64,000 bases of DNA from Octopus sinensis (GCF_006345805.1 NC_042997.1:142104001-142168000), one strand, 5' to 3'; numbered from the stretch's first letter, positions 1 to 11,696 are shown. A program made the numbers and translations. The notes: generated from the sequence alone by a model not told the origin.

Positions 1-112
1 TTTTTAGAAGGACATTGCAGGGTAGGTGTGAGAGGTTGCATCTGGCTGGTTTGAACATAAAACAGTAGAATATTTAGGCCAGATATGACCAGCTGGAATG
101 CTAAAGTGTTGA
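1..112 (-). mobile_element. Partial TTAA-type MITE, same family as 26689-26895 (runs off window start)
   Basis: Reverse complement matches the left ~110 bp of the 26.7-kb element (..CTTTAGCATT..AAATATTCTAC(C)TGTTTTATGTTCAAAC..CCTCTCACACC). Confidence 0.6.
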
Positions 113-149
113 TGAATGCTAAGTTTTATCTGAGTCAGTTTAAGTGAAA

Positions 150-300
150 GCACGCAGCCTGGTGGTCAGGGTGTTGCACTTGCAAATGCAAGATTGTGGT
201 TTCAATTTCCAGACTGCATGGTGCATTGTCTCCTAGAGCAAAGCACTTAATCCTCATGTAAATGAGTAATTTTGTGACAGATCAGCATCCTGTTCATAGG
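150..300 (+). mobile_element. Decayed tRNA-derived SINE head (family C, related to 45730-46015)
   Basis: A-box-like TGGTGGTCAGGG, B-box-like GGTTTCAATTTCC, then GTCTCCTAGAGCAAAGCACTT similar to the 45.8-kb copy. Confidence 0.45.
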
Positions 301-924
301 GAATTTTGTGATCTCAATCACTTGTACACCATGTAAGCAGGGTAACTAACCAGATGAATTCTAGGATTCAAGACAAGACTAAAACAAAACAAAAATAAAC
401 AAAATATAAATATAAAACAAATGTAGATGTGCAAAAAGAGCTGCAGTGATTCAGTATTTCGCACACTGACATTAAAGGAGTTACTCCAATAAAACACATA
501 AACATATTACCGAGGTAGTGTTCTACATCCAACACCCTTCCTGTGGCTAACTTCTGTTTTGCTTTTGTTTTTTGAATTTTATTACTTTACAGAGAAGGTT
601 TGTTTACAAAACGTTGTTTTTTTATTAGCTTCAGCTTGAGAGCTGCGGCCATGCTGGGGCACTGCCGTTATCTATATTTTTAAATAAGGGAACTTTTATT
701 TCACATGTTTTTGAAGGTACAAAGCAAGCAGATGATTTATTGACAGAAGAGACAACACAGGTAGTAAATTGTGACTTTCATAGAGCACAAATCTAAATAA
801 ACACACAGACATGTGCACGCATACACACATACATCTATATATACATACCTGTGTGTGTATGTGTGTGAGAGAGAGAGAGAGAGAAAGAGACAAATAGGAT
901 TCTTTCATTTTTTTCCTGTCTACA

Positions 925-1048
925 ATCCATTAAGCTTTCATCAGCCCAGGGCTGACGGAAGATACTTTCTCAAGGTGTCATGCAGTGGGAGTGAACCCAG
1001 AACCATGTGATTGCAAGCAAACTTCTCAACTCCTCAGCAATCCTGCAC
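925..1048 (-). mobile_element. CORE-type SINE 5' fragment
   Basis: Similar to other copies (GACACTT..AAGGTGTCATGCAGTGGGAGTGAACCCAGAACCATGTG). Confidence 0.6.
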
Positions 1049-1709
1049 CAAAATATGTTATACATATTAAATTATAAATATTAAAAAATTCTTGAGGGAA
1101 ATCATTCATAATATGCTAATTTTTCTTGCCTTTTCATCTATTTATGAACAATATTGTACCTCTGTTTAGTTAGTTTCCCATCCCTACTTCATCACAAGGG
1201 GGAAAGTCTATATTTTTCTGACGAGGTTGTAATAAGACTGAAACAAATATAAAGTTGACTCCCATACTTGCAAAAATTATCAAAATATCATCAGTCATTG
1301 AGTTGTCTTTTCTCATCACATAATCATTTTTTAATGAGCTTTTTTATGTGTTCTGCAGTAAACATATTAACATTAATTTAACTGTGAATATACTTTTACA
1401 CACTGAAATGTTAGTTATCTTGATTTATTGCATTTCAACAAATTTTATGTAAAATCTGAAACTAACAAGTTGCTTTTGATATATTAAAAAAATTTAAATA
1501 CATCTGGAATGAATCTTTTCTTTTCTATCTACTTTCTTTAGTAATAAGAAAATCAGATTAAGATAAGAAAATTTGCTTCCTTCAGATTATTCTAATCTAG
1601 GAAACAAATATGAACAACATCAGAAGTATGCATTCAGGGAAATATCTTAAAAAGAAGAATTGGCTCAATTTGAAAGACCTAAAGGAAACTATAAAAAAAA
1701 CTGGAATAG

Positions 1710-1943
1710 TCTTTTCTGCTCTTGGCACAAGGCCTGAAATTTTGGGGGAGGAGGCCTGTCGATTAGATCGATTGCAGTATGCAACTGGTACTTAATTTAT
1801 CAACCCCAAAAGGATGAAAGGCAAAGTCAACCTCAGCGGAATTTGAACTCAGAGAGTTCAAATTCCGCTGAGGTTGAAAAGACAGATGAAATACTGCTAA
1901 GCATTTCACTCAGCGGGCTAACATTTTTGCCAGCCTGCCGCCT
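1710..1943 (-). mobile_element. tRNA-derived SINE family A, carrying an internal inverted duplication
   Basis: Minus strand reads GGCGGCAGGCTGGCAAAA (A box)..GAGTTCAAATTCC (B box)..GCCTTTCATCCTTTTGGGGTTGATAAATTAAGTACCAG..CCTTGTGCC tail. The central domain resembles Meta-type SINE cores from recall (unverified). Confidence 0.85.
1827..1877. repeat. Perfect 24-bp inverted repeat with 3-nt loop inside the SINE
   Basis: TCAACCTCAGCGGAATTTGAACTC-AGA-GAGTTCAAATTCCGCTGAGGTTGA read directly. Confidence 0.95.
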
Positions 1944-1974
1944 TTGTAAATAGATATATGCTTTTCTAACTCAC

Positions 1975-2045
1975 CTGTCCATGACTTTCAGGTGTTTTAA
2001 CACCCGGCATTTTGAGAGAGTATTCTCCACCATGCCAAATCACAG
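1975..2045 (-). CDS. Candidate 71-nt host-gene exon, (A)VIWHGGEYSLKMPGVKTPESHGQ; product unknown
   Basis: Unique sequence. Acceptor TTTTTGTTGATAAG|, donor GGACAG|GTGAGT. Only one frame is open. Internal CAAAATG (ATG at 2010-2008) fits the invertebrate start context. Peptide not recognised. Confidence 0.5.
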
Positions 2046-2139
2046 CTTATCAACAAAAACATGATGCTTTTACATTCAGTATATGTGGTTGATCATGTTT
2101 ATAGATATTTAATAAACACAATATATGTTTCTAAGTGCT

Positions 2140-2248
2140 ACTATAAGTTTCATGTGCTGAGAGTATGCCAGACATTTTTTAACACATCTGGTGACCTAGC
2201 ACAATTATCAGAGACTCTGGCATACTCTCAGCACATGAAACTAATAGT
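2140..2248. repeat. Inverted repeat: perfect 25-bp arms (2148-2172 / 2216-2240), 43-nt spacer
   Basis: TTTCATGTGCTGAGAGTATGCCAGA ... TCTGGCATACTCTCAGCACATGAAA; extends 8 bp further with one mismatch. Confidence 0.92.
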
Positions 2249-2369
2249 AACACATAAAAACATATATTGTGCTTATTAAATAATATTTGTCTCTCACCAG
2301 ATGGAGTACTTTTTGTTGATTTTACCACCACAGAACAATACACTATATATATATATATATATATATTTA

Positions 2370-2530
2370 CAACAGGCTTCTTTCAGTTTCCATCTACCAC
2401 ATCCACTCACAAGGCGTTGGTCAGCTTGAGGCTATAATAGAAGACACTTGCCCAGGTGTCATAGTGGAACTGAACCTGGAACCATATGGTTGTTAAGCAA
2501 ACATCTTACCATGCAGCCATGCCTGCACCT
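2370..2530 (-). mobile_element. CORE-type SINE 5' half
   Basis: Matches the full copies at 6534, 43405 and 47350. Confidence 0.8.
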
Positions 2531-3559
2531 AGCCATGTTCATGATTTATTGAAAGCACTTTTTTTCTTTGCTAATTGTAGGGTATCATATATCATCCGTA
2601 ACATTTTATGAAGCAGGCAATGGATTAAGTCAAGGAAAACTCAGTTAAATAATAAGAGATGTAAAGAGAATAAATCTACCTCTACATAATGAACTATTGT
2701 GATACAGAGTGATACTCAAGGTGAGATTGGGTGAGACTGGGTGAGACAGGAAAACCTGATCTGATTACCTATGTCAGCATAAAAATACAGGTATTTAACT
2801 AGTAATGATGATGAATGAGGATAAAAAGCAAATTTCATTCTTTTAATCTATTAGATCTTAATTTAGTCTTGACAACATTCAACATTCTAAATGCTGTCGC
2901 TTAGTTATTTGATGTCAATCTCTATATCTAGATCTTACCAAATGGCTGTCGATCATTTCTTACTAAAATAATTTAGCTCTAAATGATGTTTCTTTCCCAG
3001 TTAAATTTACTGCGGAGTTTGTTCTTACTTCTAGAAAGAATAAGATTGATGCTTTCAGTTATAAAGATGGAGATTTTAAATAATCATGATATTATGATAT
3101 ATGTCTACCAATTTAAAAATAGCATATAATATATGTAAATCTGAACATATAAAATAAATATATTCCTCAGGGGAATTCTGAAATATAGTATTTGTTGAAT
3201 ATCTAAAATATTGCTTTGAATATCTGAAACATTGCTTTTAGAATAAATCCTGAGAGAGATTTAATGGTCACAAAATAAGATAATAATTGCATCTAATGAT
3301 AAAGTTTTCAATCTACATGGGAAAAAGAATGGAGAAAATATTTCTTTTAATGTTTAGTGCCATTTTGATTATTATTTAATAAAAGACTTTTGAAAAAATT
3401 TGCATCGTAGCTGAAAAATTTACAACATGGCTGTATGGATAAGAAGTTTGTTTCATCCATATGGTTCTGTAGTCTATCCCTCTACACATCATTTTCAACA
3501 AATGCCTTCTGTTAGAGCTTCAATTTGACCAACACTTTGTTAGTGGAAGTTGTTTGATG

Positions 3560-5310
3560 GAAACTCAGACAATTTCTAACATAGGCTCAAGGCTCCAAAT
3601 TTGGAACAGCTGATTAGAAAGACTCCAGCACTCAACAAGTACTTATTCTGTCAATTCCCAACCCCAGAATGATGAAAAGCAAAGTTAACTTCATTAGAAT
3701 TTGAACTAAATGCACCAGTGGGTATTTTTCAAGGTATTTGATGTCAAAATACACCATCACCACTGGGGTATTCTTTTAAGTTTGATATGCTATCTTAATA
3801 TTCTTTCTACTATAGGCAAACGGCCTGGATTTTATGGGGAGAGGGACAGTCGATCACATCGACCCCAATACTCAACTGGTACTTGATTTATTGACTCTGA
3901 AGGGAAGAAAGGCAAAGTTGACCTTGGAGGAATTTGAACTCAGACCATAGTGCCAGACAAAATACCGCTAAGCATTTTGCCTGGCGTGCTAACAATTCTG
4001 CCAGCTTGCCACCTTGATGCAGCCTTAATATTAATTTCACTAGCAACCTATCTTTTGTATGTTGGTTATATTCTAAACCTGGCTATTTTTGTGCCATTAT
4101 ATCTTCTGCAAAAAGCAGCAAGCTGGCAGAAACGATGGCACACCGGGCGAAATGCTCAGTGTTATTTCATCTGTCTTTACATTCTGAGTTCAAATTCTGC
4201 TGAGGTCAACTTTGCCTTTCATCCTTTTGGGGTCAATAAATTAAGTACCAGTTGCATACTGGGGTTGATCTAATCGACTGGCCTCCTCCCCAAAGCAATA
4301 ATAACAAGAGCATTCAGGGAGCACAAACCTCTGCCAAGGCAACACCAACGTCCTCTTAACCATTAGCCAGAAATGATTTTTTAAATGAGGCTACCTGAAA
4401 TAAACTCGATTGCTCTCACAAATGAGAATACTAAAAACGAACCCGACCGCTCTCAAAAATTAAGCAAAAAAACAGGAAAAATAATCTAGAATCCTTGTCC
4501 GGCACCAGATCAATCCCAAAATCTAATCAGTTTGTGCCAGTCATGAGGCCAAACATCCCTGAAAGTTTCATCCGAATCCATCCAATGGTTCTTGAGATAT
4601 CTTGTCCACATACAAACTAACAAACATGACTGAAAACAATACCTCTGCCTTCACTAAGGTGGAGGTAATAATGGTTTCAAATTTTCGAAAAAAGCCAATG
4701 ATTCAAGGGGAGATGTTTAGTTAGTTATTTGACTGGTACTTTGTTTTATCTTATAAGTTAACTTTGGCAGTATTTGAACGCAGAGAAAGCAAAAAGCCAG
4801 AAGAAAATTTTGCAAGGAATTTTGTCTGAAGCGCAAACAATGCTGCCAGCAAACTATCTTTAAAATAAGACAATAATAACAATGGCTTAAAATTTTGACA
4901 CAAGGCCAGCAGTTTTTAATGATAGGGGTAAGTCTATATCACCAATCCTAGTAATGAGTGTTATTTTATGAAAAGCCAAGTTAAGCTACATGGAATGTGA
5001 ACTCAGAACTCGAAGTGCTGGCAGAAATACTGCAAAGCATTTAATCCAATATTCCAGCAATTTTGGCAATCCACCACTGAAAGTAATAATGCTTTTATAT
5101 TTTGATGCAAGGCCTGAAATTTTTTGGGAGGGAGGGCAGTTAGTTGATGTAGTCGACTTCAGTACTTAAATGGTACTTATTTTATCAACGTTCAAAGAAT
5201 GAAAGGCAAAGTTGACCTTAGCAGAATTTGAACTCAGAATGTTAAGCCTGAAGAACATCCACAAAACATTTTGTTCAGTACGATAAAAATTCAACCAGCT
5301 TGCCTCCTTA
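3560..5310. mobile_element. Cluster of about 6 family-A SINE copies (mostly minus; one plus at 4113-4295) joined by (AAT)n linkers
   Basis: Repeated GAAAGGCAAAGTTGACC..GAATTTGAACTCAG cores near 3680, 3910, 4760, 5000 and 5210, plus an inverted copy near 4200. Confidence 0.8.
4303..4668 (-). mobile_element. Non-autonomous Helentron/DINE-1-like element (copy 1)
   Basis: Strongly similar to 24181-24549. Subterminal inverted repeats ACCTCTGCC / GGTGGAGGT, terminal hairpin ACCTCTGCC-TTCACTAA-GGTGGAGGT, (GTTT)-like tract, no TSD seen. This is the architecture of Helentron-associated elements. Confidence 0.55.
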
Positions 5311-5721
5311 AAAATCTACTTTAATAATACTCTTGTGTTTTTCTCTGTCACAACATATAAATGAGAAAGGAAGAGGTGGTAGATGAATAAGGAAGGAAGG
5401 GGTGATGGCAAACTGGTAGTAGGAGTGTTTCAACTCTGTGTGAGTAGGTGTTTACATATGTAAAAGGGAGGTATGTGAATGTTTGAGTGTGTGTGTGTGC
5501 AATGGAAGTGAGATGGTGAACATTCAATGCTGAAAAGGAAAATCAAACAGTGTTTCATCTCTGTGTGGGTATATGCGTGTATGTGTGTGCATGTACAAGG
5601 GAAGTATGAAACCGTTTGTATGTGTGAACCAGCATTCTTTCAGTAACAAACGATGATCGATGTCACATCTCAAAAGACAACCACTAGATAACATTGACAA
5701 GTGTATTAATTTGATTTACCA

Positions 5722-6183
5722 TCTATATGTATATCTATAAAACAGTCCTTGGACGAAAATTGTATGCACATTTTGCTTTGACGGTTAATGGCGGCCAAAC
5801 TGAGGCTAGGATTGAGCTGAAAATTGGCAGGGATACTATATGTGTGATGAGGATGAGATCCGTGATGGTTAAAATTCACAAGCTATAAAGATGTGGTTGT
5901 TATGGCAAAAAGAGTGATTTTTTTAATTGATTCAAGGGGGCCAAGAGCCCCTGTAGGTTTTTTAATGCCCAGTGGCATGCACTGCAGGCTGTTGTGCTTA
6001 ATAAACATACATTTTGTCACAAAATTCCGGCCACTAGGAAACGATTTTTCATTGTGAAAAAATGAATGCTTTTTGCCCTCATTTTCTTTTTAATTTTTGA
6101 TAAAATTTTCATTTTTTAAAAAAATTCCTCATCTTTAAAATGTGGCCCGAGTAGACCCGAATGAAATCGGGTTATAATACTAG
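5722..6183 (+). mobile_element. Non-autonomous Helitron
   Basis: 5' A|TCTATAT; 3' hairpin ACCCGA-ATGAAA-TCGGGT 7 nt before CTAG|T; no TSD. Canonical Helitron termini. The 5' end could alternatively be the TC at 5734. Confidence 0.75.
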
Positions 6184-6252
6184 TTTATATATAAAATACT
6201 ACAATTAGCCATCATTTTTGATGGCACAGGGCCAGCTATTAACAATAATAAT

Positions 6253-6440
6253 CCTTTCTACTAAAGGCACAAGGCCTGAAATTTTGGAGGAGAAGACTAG
6301 CACAAACCCTGTGCTCAACTGGTGCTTATTTTATTGACCCCACCCAAAAGGATGAAAGGCAAAGTTGACCGTAGCAAAATTTGAACTCAGAAAAGCTTCT
6401 AAGTATTTTGCCTAGTATGCTATTGATTCTACAAGTTATT
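6253..6440 (-). mobile_element. Family-A SINE, internally deleted
   Basis: Tail, core and B box match the other copies. Confidence 0.75.
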
Positions 6441-6533
6441 TTATTGGCTGCAGGGCAAGACTGAAAGCAATTTGCATGGGGATTTACATAAAGGATGGGG
6501 AGAAAGAAATGGAAAATACAGTGAAATGTGATA

Positions 6534-6695
6534 TAGGTGCAGAAGTAGCTGTGTGGCAAGAAGCTTGCTTCCCAGCCACAGGGTTCCAGGTTCAGTCCCA
6601 CTGCATGGCATGGCACCTTGGTCTTCTACTATAGCCTCGGGCTGATCAAAGCCTTGTGAGTGAATTTGGTAGAAGGAAACTGAAAGGAGCCCATC

Positions 6696-6748
<53 letters not shown>

Positions 6749-6966
6749 CGTATGTATTTATGTGTCTGTGTTTGTCCCCCCACCATCGCTTGGCAACCGA
6801 TGTTGGTGTGTTTATATTCCTGTAACTTAGCTGTTCAGCAAAAGAGGCTGATAAAATAAGTACTAGGCTTACAAAAAATAAGTCCTGGGGTTGATTTTTT
6901 TTGACTAAATGTGGTGCTCCAGCATGGCCGCAGTCAGTTGACTGAAACAAGTAAAAGAATAAAAGA
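6534..6966 (+). mobile_element. Full-length CORE-type tRNA SINE (resembles octopus OR-type SINEs)
   Basis: TAGGTGCAG..GCTGTGTGGCAAG (A box), GGGTTCCAGGTTCAGTCCC (B box), CORE-like GCACCTTGG(GCAAGT)GTCTTCTACTATAGCCTCGGG, internal (TA)n, tail GAAACAAGTAAAAGAATAAAAGA. Confidence 0.88.
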
Positions 6967-7344
6967 ATAGACTACAAAGTATGTGATAACATGAATGAGG
7001 CAGTCCTCCTGATACAGGAGAAATTCCAACTAGCGCCAATCAAGGATCTCACAGATCCAAGATTACCCTAACCACCAAGGATATGAGGTGCATACTGAGA
7101 GTAATGATCCTTTCTAATAATAGCATAGGGCCTGAAATATTTTTGTTGATGGGGGCTAGTTCATTACATCAACCCTAGTGCTCAACTCAGAACATAAAGA
7201 TGGGTGAAATGCTTCCAAGAATTTTGTCATTTGATAATGCTTGAAATAAATTGTGCTTTGAAGGGTAAGTCAAAATGGCAACTTTACACTGAAAGTTAAT
7301 AATAATACTGACATCAACAATAATAACAGATAAAAACAAAGATT

Positions 7345-7755
7345 GATAAAACTCAGTCAGAGGGGAAATGGAAAATCTGTGGAAAAGGAGAGGAAAGTTT
7401 CAACCATTTCTTAAGTTGATACAGTAATCTAGTACCAAAAGAGTATAATCACAAACAAGATTATGCTAGTAGAAGTGTGCATCGGGACATTAGCCAAGAG
7501 TGTGGATTCAAAGTAGCATAAGAGTAGCATGAATACAAACCAGAGGCTATGATAAAGAATAAGAATTACAGAATTATATAGGATTTCCCCAGAAAAATTG
7601 ACCATATTATTGAAGCATGAAGACTAGATATCATTATAGAGGATAAAAGAAAACAGTGTAAAATAAAAGACTTTGCAATATCATATGATAATAAATAGAA
7701 TGGATACCAAAGAAGTTTTAAAATTGAGAAACACCAAGATCTAAAAGGGATGAAG
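7345..7755 (+). pseudogene. R4/Dong-clade non-LTR retrotransposon remnant (CCHC knuckle plus restriction-like endonuclease)
   Basis: Hand translation: WKICGKGEESFNHFLS*YSNLVPKEYNHKQD..YKPEAMIKNKNYRII*DF..IDHIIEA*RLDIIIEDKRKQCKIKDFAISYD, matching the C-x2-C..H..C and PD..D-x-K pattern, with many stops. Confidence 0.8.
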
Positions 7756-9249
7756 AGCAGCAATTCTGCCAGCTTGTTTCCTTAATAATAATGATACAAC
7801 ATATAAAGCAAACCCATACACACACACACACAAGAAATTTCATGGATGGCCACAACAATATCAACAACAAAATTAACAATGACAATAGCAGCAGCAGTGA
7901 CAACGATGGCAATAACAACAGCAACAACTACCACAATGACAACACCATGGGGCGAATACACATACACAGAGGAATACAGAAACTGTACCATATTTTCAGG
8001 TCTTAGGACAGCAGCAGCACAATGGGATAAGAGGATGGGGTTGAGGGGAAGGCCACACTGCTGCTAAGAATTATGACACACATACAAGTACACATACACA
8101 CACACTCATGCACACACATAAACAAGGACACAAATGCATGCACACATAAAGATACATATCTTAGAAGAACAGAATGGAATAAGTGGAGCAAGAACGCACA
8201 CAAAAATGAAAAGTGTCACTGAAAAGGTCACAGATATGTGACGAAAGATTTCTGGACAATGCACATGAGTTGAAATAATAGAATAAGAACAATAATAAAC
8301 GAGTGAAGAAAAAATATATAGTGCGTGTGTTTAATAGTAAAAAAAAAAATATCCGTCCTGAAATACAACAATAATAATTATAATAATAATGATGATTTCA
8401 TTTATTTGCCACAAGGACAAAAGATGAGGGAGACATTACAAAGACAGACATAAAGTGTGGTGGGGTTTACATATAATGGAATGATAAAATAAAAATGAAA
8501 ATGAAAGAAAGATGGACGTGGGTAATGCCAGTGCCTGCTGGTGGCACATAAAAAGCACTGTTCAAGCTTTGGGCCTCATGGAGGTAGTGACAAGGCCAAC
8601 AATTTCAGGGAAAGGGGTAAGTTGATTACATCGACCCAAAATTCTTGACTGGCACTTACTTTATCGACCTTGAAAGGATGTAAAGCAAAGTTGATCTCGG
8701 TGGTAGTTGAACTCAGAACACGAAGACGGACGAAATGTCACTAAGCATTCTGCCTGGTGTAATGATGATGATGATGATGGTAGTGATGACACAAGCACGT
8801 GGCCACATATTTTCGTTGGGGAGGGTATAGACGATTAAATTTACCTCGGTACATGGGCACTTATTTGTTTTAACAACTCTAGAAGGATGGGAAAACAAAA
8901 TCGGCCTCAACAGAATTTGAACTCAAAATATAATGTGCTGCAAGGCATTCTATCTTTGAAACTCTAATGATTCTCCCAGTTCATCCACTCTAAATAGTAA
9001 TAACAAAAGCAGCAGCAGCAGCAACGAGAACAACAACAACAAGAACAACAAGAACAACATCGAAATCAACAGGTGGCAGTTTTGCTAATGATTTGCAATA
9101 TTCATTATTGATTGCTTTGTTGCTGTTGCTGTTGCATTTGTTTTGCTTTTATTTGCTGTAAATCAGTGAGCAGTAGCAGCCAGTAACTGTCTGCGTTTCC
9201 TGGCTGACTTAATTAACCGTGAAGACAAGACAAGGGAAGTGCTAACGGT

Positions 9250-9373
9250 TATAAAAGAGGAATATAGCGACGGTAACAGTGGAGACAGATAGGAAGGAGG
9301 AGGAGGAGGAGAAGAAGGAGGAGGAGGAGGGGAGAAGAAGGAGGAGGAGATAGAAATATTGAAAGAGGTACGT
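9250..9373 (+). promoter_or_regulatory. Possible TATA box and GA-rich first exon ending in a donor
   Basis: TATAAAAG at 9250-9257, (GGA)n leader, GAG|GTACGT at 9367/9368, local CpG retention. Unverified. Confidence 0.25.
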
Positions 9374-9863
9374 TGGTGGCGGTGGTGGTGAGGACGGATA
9401 AACAGATATAGGGGCTGGGTAAAGCAGGATAAGACAGAGGTGTGAAAGTGTTGATGGTGGGGGCAGGAAACTGCAAATGTAATTAATAAACAATGCTGTA
9501 ATCAGTTATTATTAAAACCACACTAAACTAACCACACGGGCAGTAATTGCACGAACACTTCTACGCGCTAACGAAAGGAGCATTTTTATTGTCGCTTGAT
9601 TTGTTAGAAATAGCAGCTAAATTCCCACTAATCTCAATCCATCGTTTTAAAAAATAAATAAACAAAGAAGTGCACAAATGGTAAGCTACTTTAGCTGTAG
9701 ATGTACAAGTTGAAAATACAAGATGTGTGTGGTTGGAATGTCTTTGATCATAGGTCCGTTTCTATCAGATCTGACCTGAGGTTAAACATGAGCAATCAGT
9801 AACACCACCACCACCTACACATCATCACCACCACCACCACCACCACCAGTAATAATCATAATG

Positions 9864-9909
<46 letters not shown>

Positions 9910-9920
9910 TAGTAATAGTA

Positions 9921-10450
9921 GGCTCTGATGGCTTCTGATCTTAACTGAATGGAAGTATTATCATGTACATTGTTTTGTCTTGATATAAAAGATGGGCTAC
10001 AGCAAATATTGTGCTTAATACCGCAGATTTGCTTGTCACTTGTTTGATCTTAACCAGTTGAGCCTGTCCCTTAGTGGCTGACGATTTGTGCATCTCTGAT
10101 CATGAGTAGAAGTAGCGGGGAGCATCATAGCCATGTGTTGAGAGGAATTCTTTGGGGTTTGGATAATTCACCTTTGGAAACATGGGTGTTTTGTTCATCA
10201 TCCTTAAACAACCTTTATTCAGGGACCTTTTGAGTGGGATGGGCTAATTGACCTGAAGAAAATTCTAGCTGGGCCCCCACCTGCAAGGTCATGCACTGTT
10301 TATCTTGATATGAGATCACCATGTCGCGCATATATGGTTGTGATGCATGTGCCTAGTGTACCCTTATCAGACAGATAGTCATGATGGGTATACTGGGCTT
10401 TGTATATTTTATCCTAGTGTAACTTTGATGACATGCGCTGCTCTCTCACT
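9921..10450 (+). mobile_element. Non-coding retroposon with (AAT)n tail inserted in an (AAT)n tract (family E)
   Basis: Inverted homologue at 55829-56295; ends CTCTCTCACTC-AATAAC/AAT; (AAT)n on both flanks. Confidence 0.75.
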
Positions 10451-10844
10451 CAATAACAACAACAACAACAACAATAATAATAATTAATTCTTTTATTGGC
10501 CACAAGGGCTGATAAAAATTAATTATAACATAAAGGGACAAAACAGGATGAAAGGTTACAAAGGATTTTGTCTGTTTGTAAAAAACCGTGTAAAAACAGT
10601 GTAACAACAAAAAATTATAACAAAGAAAAACTCCCAATAGGGGGAGGCGTTACAAAAGGTTCCTGGTGGAAAAAACCCATAAAAGCCATGGGAGCCTGGT
10701 CAAAAGGGGGGTAGAGGACCCCTTTCTCCTTTTATTTTACCTTTTTAAATCATAGGTGAAACCTCAGAATTGGTCCGTTCACACTAATAATAATAATAAT
10801 GATAATGATAATTATTATTATTATTATTATTATTAACATGATTG

Positions 10845-11000
10845 GCATTAGGTAGGGCATCCAACTGTGGAAACCAGGCCAAATCAGATTAGAACCTGGT
10901 GCAGCTCTCCAGCTTGCCAGCTCTGGTCAAACTGTCCAACCCATTCCAGCATAAAAATGGATGTTAAAGAATGATGATAATGATGATGATGACGATGATG
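10845..11000 (+). mobile_element. RTE-type 3' tail fragment with (GAT)n
   Basis: GGGCATCCAACTGTGGAAAC..CCAACCCATTCCAGCAT..GATGTTAAAG(ATG)n. Confidence 0.7.
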
Positions 11001-11019
11001 GTGAAATACAGACAGATAT

Positions 11020-11181
11020 GTATACATATAATGTAATATAATATATATTTATATATATGTATATATATAATGTAATACACACAAACACACATATACACAT
11101 ACATATTTATAAATATATACAGATATATAATACATAAAACACACACATATATATATATATATATAGACAGATATAGTTATA

Positions 11182-11248
<67 letters not shown>

Positions 11249-11696
11249 AGAGAGAGAGAGTGAGAGAGAGAGGGAGAGAGAGACTCTATGTGTGTGTGTG
11301 ACTTATTAGTACAAAAAAGGCTGGTTATTATAGACCTGTATTGTAAAGAATCTATTGTATGTAGCTAGGATTACAAACCCATTCCTAAAATTTTCGTGAA
11401 AGCCACCCTGTTTGACTCACTGTATTCATTGGTAGGTTGAATGGACTAATGGATTCCAAGCCATTGTTAAGTATTGTTGGCGACATAAGGCTGTGTGCAC
11501 ATTCTTTAGGAATGGCAATGCAAATCTGGTTACTACAAATTCCACTCAAACACACACACACACACATATACGCACACACATAATTACATAAATACATACA
11601 TACAGTCTTATAATATGTGGTTGTACTGATCATCATATATACACACACACACACATATATATACATATATATATACATACATATATATATACATAC

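Noticed and set aside
6534-6620. tRNA-like A/B boxes in many SINE heads
   Set aside because: No complete cloverleaf; each continues into SINE body sequence, so these are not tRNA genes.
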